This document shows positions 21,601 to 31,101 of a stretch of 64,000 bases of DNA, piece by piece (the first letter of the stretch is position 1; each line of letters opens with the position of its first letter). The notes under the pieces were generated by a model. The model had not been told where the DNA came from and did no database searches. It saw nothing but the letters and a program-made list of their open reading frames with translations. Source of the DNA: Diplonema japonicum (lineage: Eukaryota; Protista; Euglenozoa: Diplonemea); NCBI GenBank assembly GCA_964019335.1, contig OZ025699.1:124001-188000 (forward strand), in the 5' to 3' direction. The translations under genes and the position numbers were made by a program.

Positions 21601-22481
21601 ACACTCTGAACGGGCTTATCGAGAAGCACGGAAAAGCCTTCTGCATGATCTTCACAGACGGGTCATTGAAGGACGGCAGGAACGGAGGAGCTGCTGCGAT
21701 ACTGTTGCGAGGGGAGAGAAAAGCTTCGTATGGGGTCAGCGGTGGATCCTATACGTCATCCTACAGGTGCGAGCAAAGGGCCATAGAGCTGGGGCTGCAC
21801 CTCGCGACAAACCTCTCGAAGAGAGTGGGCACGAGCCAAGAGATGGTCCTTATTTGCACTGATTCGCAGTCGGTAATAAGGAGGATGTGCCAGGGGCACC
21901 TGTCCGCTGTCTCTGCAGACGAGTACAAACTGTGGCACGAGGTAGCGGGACTTGTAAAGAGAGGCCACAAAGTGGTCATACAGTACGTACCAAGTCACTG
22001 CGGATTCAAATGGAACGAGATGGCGGACAAGAAGGCGAAGGAGACCTGCCGGGCAGTTGCCCACGAACAGAAGACCAGCATAGACATCGTGAAGTCACTG
22101 GTGAGAAAAAAGGTACTGGCGAACCACCTCCTCTTCTGGAAAAAAACGGGTGTCAAGGAGACATACCGAGAGCTTTTCGCAGGGAATTTCGAGAAGTTTG
22201 AAGAGTTAAACAGGGAACAAGAAGTTGCGATCATGAGGCTGAGAGTGGGGAAGAGCCCCCTCATAAGCGGGTATCTACTCAATCCCCCGGCCGATGTGGT
22301 CACATGCCACCTTTGTTCGATGCCTCAGACGCTGAGCCACCTCCTGAAAGAATGCCAGGACGATGGTAGAGCTGACCAGAGAAGTCAGATCTTCGGTTCC
22401 TCCCTTCCTTCGCTCAAGGCCCTACTGTCAACTGACGCCGGGAAAACCGTACAATTCCTGGAACAGCAGGGCCTGTTGTGA
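18609..22481 (+). CDS. B1 ORF2: APE endonuclease, RT, RNase H, C-terminal CCHC motif
   Basis: CLQETH, GDFNAH, SDH; DLKGAFD, GVPQG, YADD; FTDGS, CTDSQS, VPSHCG..NEMAD; CHLC..H..C. Confidence 0.95.
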   Translation: MRNGWLKIVSLNVRSLRARKAEIERAIDEMAPDILCLQETHLTSDDDMHGWFDGYKAFRRDRTRPRRRGFPIKGGGLLTLVKEGISASRVSAKESRDVTERLDVKIYPPGQKEILLVNIYLPPTSPSDPSDDRPAIDSYFNPYSLPTGDNTLIMGDFNAHHPLWDGRKKKEDPIGSKIAAWMVDKGMRPWNDRYKPTLLNTRGTLSSPDLVISGPDMESTSWTTLESWGSDHIPMSIEIRTKFEVKTTERRFCFKKADWAGFRDYLEHALRHLQRTGDPVKLNKQFTNAIKEAARLFIPRGGARGGKAWWTEELTQLVAQRNALKKEIMSDIGIPSTEQCERLGEISRQVQEQIVVGKKRAWAEYTKELSQKKDLGHAFRTIKTLDGRKGKEPVAPLMAGERLHTTATEKADALVDHYAEAFAPQLNKDTKRMLERVERLTKENGGRNNRTECPDISIDELKYALRQLKKGKSPGPDGVYNEMLKHLGETALDAMLHLFNMSWEKGVVPSDWKYTHIVPLFKGKGKLKSEPASYRPISLTSGISKTMERIVKIRIDYHQDVGDVKKVHKMQSGFRKGRSTEENVLQVTTKLDRIRGDEFCGGLLLFDLKGAFDTVWHKGLNAKLRYSKYPQRITNWVAAFLDQRVAAVKVDGKIGKQRQIKGGVPQGTILAPTLFSLYMDDLSAIFAKEGIDAVMYADDIAVVVHEKDVEKLNEKLSRVLRIVETWCSWNSMVISKDKTEFLPVAGISYPQRTLKGKISATFAGGEELRVVEKTKLLGVTFEEDMFFAAHTADVLRRAESRVRLLRRLAGTKWGCKKVVMRALYLTYVQPVFRYCLGAYGPFVIGGRGTYHEGIQKLQYRAALTITGCVATSETFATLNEAGLWTLDALIEHDSLLLYESIIRKENTAAFQATQPLKDLTRYEVLFPKKTWSDRQREAARAYKLPERAATPFSGYAFEKKYRVTPWQRFEGKLILAPFLDIHVKRSDTSEVRRKATEDTLNGLIEKHGKAFCMIFTDGSLKDGRNGGAAAILLRGERKASYGVSGGSYTSSYRCEQRAIELGLHLATNLSKRVGTSQEMVLICTDSQSVIRRMCQGHLSAVSADEYKLWHEVAGLVKRGHKVVIQYVPSHCGFKWNEMADKKAKETCRAVAHEQKTSIDIVKSLVRKKVLANHLLFWKKTGVKETYRELFAGNFEKFEELNREQEVAIMRLRVGKSPLISGYLLNPPADVVTCHLCSMPQTLSHLLKECQDDGRADQRSQIFGSSLPSLKALLSTDAGKTVQFLEQQGLL

Positions 22482-23326
22482 CCGACCGTGAGATATAATC
22501 CCCTTTATAAATTATATTATAAACTAAACTTTACTTAAATACTTTTCTCTCAAATTATCCTGAGTTTGAAGCTGTACTGTTGTTATACGACTTCAGACAG
22601 CAATTGTTTCTAACTCAATCTCTCGACTCTGGCTTCACTCCTATCCTTTCTTTTCACCTCCCTCCCCAGTGTCTTCCCTTATTTTCCATTACCAGGCCCC
22701 TGACCCCCGCCCCCAGTGTTATTCAAAATTTTCACTCACCTTTCATATAGAAAGAAAAAAGAAAAAAAAAAAGAAAAAAAGAAGGACAGATGATTCAAGC
22801 TTCGGTGTACACGATCGAGCTTGATTTGAATTCCTTTATTTTTGAGAAAAAAAAAAAAAAAGAAAAAAAAAAAAAAAGAAGAATATATATAAAAAAAAAA
22901 AAAAAGAACTGTAGAACGAAACTTAATTGAATTGAATTTATTGGCTCCCGAAAGCCCAACAAGTCCAGCAGACGGTGGAGTTTCACAGTCAGCTGGTTAG
23001 TTTTTCACAATTGAAACTCCTCCAAAGTTCTTAAAGTCTGGGAGGTCGTCTCTTGTTACTAGAGGCGGCTAATGCCTCGAGACCCAGGTGCTGCCTGGTG
23101 GGTGGGATCGGTTTTATTTTATTATGAAAAGAGCGTGGTGAGGGGGTCCAAGTAATTTACAACAGGGAGCAGCGGACCAGGACCCCTCGACCAATGGCTC
23201 AGTAACAGAGACTGCTTTTCACGAATCACTTTCAAACACCTCTCTTGGTTTGAAGTGATGTCCCATTCCCTTTGGTTTTCTCTACTCCCCTTCGATCCTC
23301 CCGCCTGGTAGTGGAATATTTATTAT

Positions 23327-23381
<55 letters not shown>

Positions 23382-23416
23382 GGAAAGAAAAGAAAAGAAA
23401 AGAAAAGAAAAGAAAA

Positions 23417-26308
23417 ATGGGCAAGAAGAAAGACAAGCACAAGGAGAAGGCAAAGCCGGAAGGGAACGGGGCCAGCACGCAGCTGGCCCAGTCCAAGGCC
23501 AGGGAGGAGCGGCGGGTGGAGAGGATGCTCCGCAGCGCTGGAGCAGCCGGGGAGCTGGGGCAGCTCCTGACGCCGGAGCACCGGGAGAAGATGACGGGGG
23601 TGGTCACCGTAATTGACCTCCTCACGCCCGACGCCGCCGCCGCTACAGCCGGCCCAGCGACACCTGTCGCCTCCACCCCGACCGGCTCCGTCAAAAGGCC
23701 GGTTTCGCCTGACGCCAGCGTCGCCACCCCGACCTCCAGCAAAAAAGCTAGGAGGAAGGCCGCCAGAGCCGCGCGCGCTGACGCTGCCGCCGAAGCCGCA
23801 CACAAAGCTGACGCCACACACCCCCTCGAAGCCGCACACATAGCTGACGCCACACACCCCCTCGAAGCCGCACGCACTGCGGCCGACGTCGAACTCGCGG
23901 GAATCGCTGCTGATTTGGAAGCTGCACGCGAGTCGGCCGACGTGGTAGCTGCAGAAATAGCTGCTAAGGTGAAGGCTGCGCAGGAGGTGGCTGATGCTGC
24001 TGTTGTCAAAATGGCAGCCGAGACGGAAGCTGCACGCGTGGCTGGTGTGGAGGCTGCTCGCAGAGCAGTCGAGGCTGAGGAGAAGGCTCTGCGCGAGCGG
24101 TCTACTGCACGACTTGCGGCAGAGGAGAAGGAGGCTGCGCGTGCTGCGGCCGAGACGAAAGCAGCCGAGGAGAAGAAGGCTACAGCCGCAGCCGCTGCAG
24201 CCGAGAAGAAGAAAGCCGCAGCCGCCGCCGCCGCCGAGAAGAAAGCAGCAGCCGCCGCCGCCGCCGAGGAGAAGGCCGCCGCCGAGAAGAAAGCCGCTGC
24301 CGCCGCCGCCGCCGAGAGGAAGGCCGCAGCCGACGCCGCCAGGAAGCAAGCTGCAGCCGCCGCCGCCGAGAAGGAGACCGCAGCCGCAGCCGCCGCCGCC
24401 GAGGAGAAGAAGAAGGTCGCAGCCACCGCCGCCGCCGAAAAGGAAGCCGCCGCAGCCGCTGCCAAAAAGGAGGAAGCTTTGAGGTTGGCGGCCGCCAAGA
24501 AGGCAGATGCCCAGAAGGTCGAGGACGAAGCAGTCGCGAACGCTTCCGCCAACGCGTCAACAGACCAAGGCACGCTCCTCCTCAGCTCAGACTCTGACAC
24601 CAGCTCTGGCCCTGAGGAGATGGAGGACGACCCTGCCCCTGCCCCTTCCACAACCCCGCGCTGGGACCTGGTGCCAGACACATGGGACGCCCCGATCTAC
24701 ACCAACGTGTCCCCCCCGACGGAAACATCCCGCGCTGTCATTGCGCTCGACGATCCCTCCGGAATGGGGGTCGTGTGCTCCGCGTTACCTACGGCATCCA
24801 TCACCTTTGTCCTTATGACAGAGGTCCCCGGTGTCACCACCCCCAGCGAGATTGTCATGGTCTCTGGGTCGCGCGCAGTGAACAGGAGGGTCCACGTCTC
24901 CACGTTCGGGCTGGACCCCCCCACCTACACCCCGCCTTCCACCTTCAACAGCGGATCGGAGGTCGTCTACGTCTGTGTCAGTGCAGACAGCCTGAAGGAG
25001 GCGAAGGCCAGGGTCCTGGAGCTCGCCAAGGCTCAGGGCGCGGTGGTGGAGGATCGTGCGGTCTTCCGCCCAAGGAAGTTCGGTGAGGAGGAACCGCGGG
25101 CGAGGCACTGGACCCACGAGGTGGGACTGCGCCTGCAAGCAGCACACGTCCACGCCGTCCTGCGCCGGTCCGGGGACGGGTGCATGATCCGGACGACGGA
25201 GAGACGCGGGGGGTACGCTTATGTACCCATCGTGGCGGAAGGGAGGGCGGATGCCTTTCGGATTGCGGGGACGCTGGGTGGGTTGTCTCTCGGGGTGGCG
25301 CACCGTAAGGGATGGACTGTGCGGTGCCTCCCGGAGACGGAACAGCGGCTCCGGGAAACCCTCGCAAAACTGCGTACGAAGCGCAAGTTTTTGCTCACCG
25401 GGGCCCCGCCGTCCATCACCAGGGCGGCCTTCGACGAAGTGATGGACCACATCGGTTGGAAACCATCCTCCGTCCTGCGACGCACGCAGACGATGTTCCA
25501 GGGCACGAGGCAACTCGTGTTCTTCATCGTCGTCGACAGCCCGCCCCCGAAGTCCAGGACGTGGCTCCTTGGGGGGCGCCTTGTCTGCCTCCGTGATGCG
25601 GACGACCACCCGACCGTCAAGCCGCCCCCTCTCATCAACAGGACGACACCTGCATCTGCACCTGCGCTTGCAACGTCCTCGACCCCGGCACCCACATCTT
25701 CTCATGTGCCTGCACCTGCGCCTACTACACCTGTACCTGACCCGGCACCTGTATCGGCGTCGACACCCTCGGAGACTGGCCCTGCGGTGAAAGCAACTGG
25801 GCTTCCTCCCACCAGCCCGTGGGCGTCCATACCGAGCTCGGTGGCTCCCCCCCAGCTCGACACTGTGACGTCCCCTACACCGCCCCGCAACGTGTCTGCG
25901 GGAAACAAGGAGGGAGTCCCTTCCGGGTCGCCTGAGGTCGCCGCTCTCACTGAGCTCGTCGCCACGCTGAAGGAGTCGATCGTCGGGCTGCAGAGGACGA
26001 TCGACTCTCAGCAGGAGATGATCTCCGATCTGCGGACGACGCTCCGCCTCCTCCTGCCGCAGGCGGCCACGCTGACGACGGGAACGGCAGTGCCGCGGGA
26101 CCCTACACCGGGGGCGACGACGACACACGACAGTGTATGGAAAGGGAAGGGGAAGGGGAAGAAGGGGGCTCCTCCTCTCGCTACGACCTCTGAGGCTGCG
26201 GTGACGAACCTGGGTACGAGGGGGCGGGCCAGGTCGTTCGCGGAGACCAAAGATCTCTTCACCAATGGGGTCAGGGGGCGCTCTGCCTCCATGGGTCCAT
26301 CCAATTGA
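23417..26308 (+). CDS. A2 ORF1 (963 aa)
   Basis: ORF track; carries an extra 12-aa duplication (EAAHKADATHPL). Confidence 0.9.
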   Translation: MGKKKDKHKEKAKPEGNGASTQLAQSKAREERRVERMLRSAGAAGELGQLLTPEHREKMTGVVTVIDLLTPDAAAATAGPATPVASTPTGSVKRPVSPDASVATPTSSKKARRKAARAARADAAAEAAHKADATHPLEAAHIADATHPLEAARTAADVELAGIAADLEAARESADVVAAEIAAKVKAAQEVADAAVVKMAAETEAARVAGVEAARRAVEAEEKALRERSTARLAAEEKEAARAAAETKAAEEKKATAAAAAAEKKKAAAAAAAEKKAAAAAAAEEKAAAEKKAAAAAAAERKAAADAARKQAAAAAAEKETAAAAAAAEEKKKVAATAAAEKEAAAAAAKKEEALRLAAAKKADAQKVEDEAVANASANASTDQGTLLLSSDSDTSSGPEEMEDDPAPAPSTTPRWDLVPDTWDAPIYTNVSPPTETSRAVIALDDPSGMGVVCSALPTASITFVLMTEVPGVTTPSEIVMVSGSRAVNRRVHVSTFGLDPPTYTPPSTFNSGSEVVYVCVSADSLKEAKARVLELAKAQGAVVEDRAVFRPRKFGEEEPRARHWTHEVGLRLQAAHVHAVLRRSGDGCMIRTTERRGGYAYVPIVAEGRADAFRIAGTLGGLSLGVAHRKGWTVRCLPETEQRLRETLAKLRTKRKFLLTGAPPSITRAAFDEVMDHIGWKPSSVLRRTQTMFQGTRQLVFFIVVDSPPPKSRTWLLGGRLVCLRDADDHPTVKPPPLINRTTPASAPALATSSTPAPTSSHVPAPAPTTPVPDPAPVSASTPSETGPAVKATGLPPTSPWASIPSSVAPPQLDTVTSPTPPRNVSAGNKEGVPSGSPEVAALTELVATLKESIVGLQRTIDSQQEMISDLRTTLRLLLPQAATLTTGTAVPRDPTPGATTTHDSVWKGKGKGKKGAPPLATTSEAAVTNLGTRGRARSFAETKDLFTNGVRGRSASMGPSN

Positions 26309-26449
26309 AGGGGCCCCGCAGAACAGGGGGAGCAGCAGATCCACGACCATGCTCCCTCTCCTAGTCTCCCTCGCATCCTCCCAAGGAGACTCCTACCTCT
26401 CTGTTTCTTCACCGACTTTTCTGCACTGATCCCCACCCTACTCGGGAGG

Positions 26450-29400
26450 ATGTCCGTCAGGGACCTGCTGGGGCTGCTTGGGCTGGTCGAAACAAACCCT
26501 GGCCCACCCAAGAAGCTGCCGCCCCCGTCGCCTAAGGGTCTCAAGGTTGTCTCGTGGAACTGCAACGGCCTCGTTGCGAAATGGACCGTCGTATCTCGCC
26601 ATGCTGACTTCTTGTCGCTGGACATCATCATGATACAGGAGACGCACCTGAGGGAAGGGCACGACACGCCACACCTGCCTGGGTACAGGTCATACAGGAG
26701 GGATCGGTTGACACCGGTGACTGACGGCACTGCGACGAGGGGTGGTGGTATTGTCACGTATGTCCGCGACGATCTTGCCTCGGAGGAGGTTCCGCACGTA
26801 CTCCCGGCTGGGGACTGTGTCACTGAGAGACTGGATGTGAGGATCTCCTGCGAGAAGCGTGAGCCGATCACTCTCTCCAACGTTTACCTTACACCGGTAA
26901 GCGCGAGCAGAGGCACGAGGGACCCTGAGTACCTGCGGCCTGGCAGCCTTCCCATGGGGAAGAACACAGTCATAGCGGGTGACTTCAATGCTCACCACAG
27001 CTCCTGGGACGCCACGGTGACGACGCCGAACGAGAGGGGGAACGTGGTCAGGGACTGGCTGGACACCCACGGGTACTCCGTCTACAACGACCGCAACGAA
27101 CCGACGAGGGACTCGTCACGACACGTTCTGGACCTGGTTGTGGGGCGCTGCGCGAAGCTTGAGCCGAAGACGCTGGGCACGTGGGGCTCCGATCATAGTC
27201 CCGTATCCTTTCACCTGCCTCTTGAGGACGTCTACCGTTCGGAGCGCCCCTTCCCCACCTGGAATTTCAAAAAAGCCAGATGGGATGACTACACTGCTGC
27301 TGTTGCCCGCCTGCTTGCTGGTGTTGACACGGCGGCTCCGATTGACTCTGTCACGAAGGGGTTTACACAAGCCCTTTTGACTGCGGCGAACGACCACATT
27401 CCCCTCTGTGGGATGCGACGTGGCCCGACCCCCTGGTGGACTGCTGAGCTCGAGGACGCCTTCGAAGAGCGGAACACCCTGCGCGAACTCCTGCTTCAAG
27501 AGGCGGACGTGGTGGAGGAGTACAGGGCGAAGGTGAAGGAAGTCAACCGACTCCTTGACGAGACGAAGCGTGAGGCATGGGGAAGGATGGCGGCCGACCT
27601 CAGCCGGAGCAAGGACCTCGGGGCTGCGTTCAGAGCGGTGAAGAAGCTGGACGGCAGGCACCGAAAGACACACCTTCCTGTACTCGAGGGAAGATTTGTG
27701 TCGGACAAGGCGAAGGCCGACCGGCTGGGGGCGCACTTCGCTAAGCTCTACGGCAGGCGTGGTGACGGGAACTCGAAGGACGCCGCTCCTTCTGCAAGCA
27801 GACTCGGGTGTCAAGCGTTCACCGTGGACGACCTCACCCGCGGCCTGAGAAGGATGAAGACGCGCAGCGCGGCCGGGGAAGACGGAATCTTCTCGGAGAT
27901 GCTCCTACACCTGAACTCGGACTCCCTCGGTGTCCTCCTTCTACTCCTCAATCGCTCCTGGCTGATGGGTGTCGTCCCCGGTGCCTGGAAGAAGGGAGTG
28001 ATCGTCCCGGTACCGAAACCTGGAAAAGATGCGACTCTCTTGGCTTCCTACCGGCCGATCTGCCTGACCAGCTGCCTCTGCAAGCTGCTGGAGAGGATGA
28101 TCGAGGAGAGGCTCACGTTTCTTCTTGACGCGGACGGGACGGGAGTCGAGGGACTCCACGACAGCCAGGCTGGTTTCAGACGCGGCCGCTCCACGGAGGA
28201 GCAGGTGGCAACCCTCACTGAGTGCATGTCGAGGAACAAAGACGATCGACGTCTCTCGGCCGCTCTGCTGTTCGACTTCTCTTCTGCCTTCGACCTGGTG
28301 CCCCATGGTGCCCTGCTGGACAAGATGCGAGGGAAGGGTCTCCCCGAACCCTTCGTGGAGTGGACGCGGTCCTTTCTATGCGGCCGTACTGCTGCGGTCA
28401 CGATTGGACGGTCGAGGGGGTCGACGACGAAGGTGCGACGGGGTGTCCCCCAGGGCTCTGTCTTGGGTCCCATCCTGTACACCATCTACGTCGACGAACT
28501 CGCCAGGAGACTGGAGGGACTGGCGGACGTCTCGGTGCTCTACGCCGACGACGTGGCGGTTGTGATCTCCTCTGGACAAGGGGACGTGGCTGGGCTGGAG
28601 CGGAAGGCGCAGGCAGTGGTGGATGCGGTTGAGGACTGGTGCAGGGAGCGTGACATGCTGCTGAGCACGTCCAAGACGCAGGCAGTCTGCGTCCCCCCCC
28701 AGAAACGTCTCGGGGTCTACTTCACTTCGTCACGAGTCCCCCTTCAGCCAGGTGCCTTCCAGAACCCACTCTTCGGCCTGGGGGTGAACGCCGATGGCAC
28801 GATCTCCGGGGACCAGGAGCTGGCGGGCCTTCAGGTTGTGGAGGCGGGTGGTGTGCGGATCCGCTGCGTGCGGGACATGCATGCAGCCGTGCGACGGCCC
28901 GACGTGGACTACGTTGCGGCCCGTCCCCTGCCTCTGTCTGAACACGCGAGGTACCTTGGGGTTACGGTGGACTCTGGGCTCACGTTCGGTGAACACGCAC
29001 AGGACATCCTACGGCGGGCCAGCAAAAGGCTGAGGGTGCTGAAGCTCTTGTCTGGCACGTCCTGGGGCAGCAAGAGGGACACTCTGCGGTCTCTCTACGT
29101 TACGTACATCCTCCCGCTGCTGCGCTACTGCATGGGGGTCTACTACAGCAGGCTCGATGATGTCGGGAGGAAGGACCTGGCTGGGCTTCACCAGGAGGCG
29201 GCGGTGCTGATCACGGGCTGCTGGAGTGGCTCCGGAGGGTACAAGCTCCTAGCAGAGGCAGGACTGCTTCCCCTCGAAAGAATGGCTGAGGGTGCTGCGG
29301 CGACGATGACGGCGAAGGCCTTCTGCTGGCAGTCTTCCCCGGTTCACAGGGAGACGGTCAAGCTGAAGCAGGCGAACAGGCTGGGGTGTGGGTGGCTGCG

Positions 29401-30597
29401 CTCTGGCTACCAAGCACTGCGTCGATGCGGGTTGGAACCAAAGGTGCACTTCGAGTACCTGTCGGCTACGCCCCTGGCGGCCCCGTGGCAGACAGGCATG
29501 GTCGACTTCAGGACTGACCTCCCCGGCGGGGTCACGCGATCGTCGCAGACGCGGACAGGCGGAAGGCGGCCGAGGCTGCTCTTGCGGCTCTCCCCCCGGG
29601 CATCCATGCCTACACGGATGGCTCGGTTGTACAGGTCGGACAGAAGGCGAAAGGTGGCTCTGGGGTTTATCTGCAGCTGCCTCCCCCCCTGACCCCTGTG
29701 TCTGTGTGCCATGGCGTCAACGACTTCTGTTCATCTTTTCGGGCAGAGGGCATGGCTGTGAAAACGGCGCTGGATATGGTGGCTACCCTTCGAAAAACAC
29801 ACCCTTCGCTGGCGAAGTCCCCGCTGTCGATCTGCACCGACTCCCTCTCCCTCGTCGAGCAGCTGCGAGCTGGCCCAACGCGACAGAGGGAGAAGCTCGA
29901 CCACCAGACGTGGAGCCGGCTGGTGTCCGCGGCGCGCACGCAGGGGACACCGGTGGTCCTCCAGTTTGTGCCCTCCCACTGTGGGGTGGACGGGAACGAG
30001 AAGGCTGACGCTCTGGCCGTGGAGGGAACGAAGCGGAAGCAGGACAGGCCCTCCCTTGACTACCGATCAGTGAGGGCCCTGGTGCGACGGTGGGTGGTGC
30101 GGAGGTCCGCGGAGCTCATAACATCCCTCGCCCACAACTACGCGGTGGCGACCGAGCTTCGGTCCGCGCACTTCCCCCTTGGCTTCCCCAGACAAGCTGA
30201 AACGGTCATCTCGCGGCTGCGGATTGGTCACTCGGCTCTCTTCTTCGGCTTCCTGCAGACTGCTGGCCCGAACAGGAAGCACAAGGGTGTGCTCCGGTGC
30301 CCAGCCTGCCACGCAGCACCGATGTCCAGGGAGCATGTTGTCGGTGGGTGCCCTGTGATCGGGAGGGGGGCGATCGACACTCCTGCTGGTACTCCCTCCC
30401 TAGCCTTCTCCCTGTCGAGACGCGTGACCCAGATCTACGACCTCGTTGTTGAGTCTGGCCTGCTCGCCTGGTCACGCTCCGGACTGTTCACCTCGCCATC
30501 ATCCCTGGCGTCTACAGACGTCACTGCACCTTCAAACGTGCCGCCTCCTCCTCCGGTCTCTCTTGACGCCGGTCCCGCGGCCCCCGTGCTGCGCTAA
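26450..30597 (+). pseudogene. A2 ORF2 (2A-like, APE, RT, RNH) with a 1-nt frameshift near 29546
   Basis: CGTCGCAGAC here versus CGTCGCCAGAC in A3/A4; RNase H continues in another frame. Confidence 0.88.
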
Positions 30598-31101
30598 GGG
30601 ATCGCCCCGTGTGTGTGTGTTAAATGGAATGTTGTGTTTCCCACTTTCCTTTCCCTTCCTTCTCCTTCCTCTCACTGTTTCCCATTTCCCCTTTTATTTC
30701 ACACTCACCAATGATTCGCTCAATAGGAGCAATACCTCCCTGGGGGGCTTTCCGCCGGAGGTTCCAGCCAAAGAAGGACATCCAGCTGGAAGGTAGGCCC
30801 CCGTTTTTCTCTCACTTGACTGAGGGAATAATGTAATTCAGCCCTCTTCGGCTGTCCCAAAGCAGAGCACGGGTTGGTGGGGGACCAGGGCTCCTCCTGC
30901 TTGCAGAAGCCTGGTCCTTTGCCCTCCCTATTTCCCCATGGTTTCCCTTCACCTTTTTTTTTCCCTTTTCTCAGGTGTTGCTCTCCATGGCGGCCCTGCA
31001 TTGGTATTTTGGAAAAAAAAAAAAAAAAATGTATGAAAGAAAGAAAGAAAGAAAAGAAAAAAAATGTAAGAAAGAAAGAAAGAAAAGAAAAGAAAAGAAA
31101 A

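Larger units (their letters stand above)
10629..23360 (+). mobile_element. Family B non-LTR retrotransposon copy B1 (5'-truncated), interrupted by a Penelope-like element at 12151-18607
   Basis: ORF1, A-rich linker, structured RNA, 2A (12101-12148), then APE-RT-RNH resumes at 18609; 3' UTR and poly(A). Confidence 0.9.
23361..31029 (+). mobile_element. Family A copy A2
   Basis: (AAAAG)n, ORF1, ORF2, 3' UTR, poly(A); directly follows the B1 poly(A). Confidence 0.95.

Noticed and set aside
23361-23416. HDV-like ribozyme or Pr77-type signature at the A 5' end
   Set aside because: The 5' end is only (AAAAG)n before the ATG; no such fold is visible
30874-31101. N-terminal extensions of A3/A4 ORF1 through the upstream tail (also 38535-38756)
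   Set aside because: The frame through the poly(A) differs between junctions; incidental
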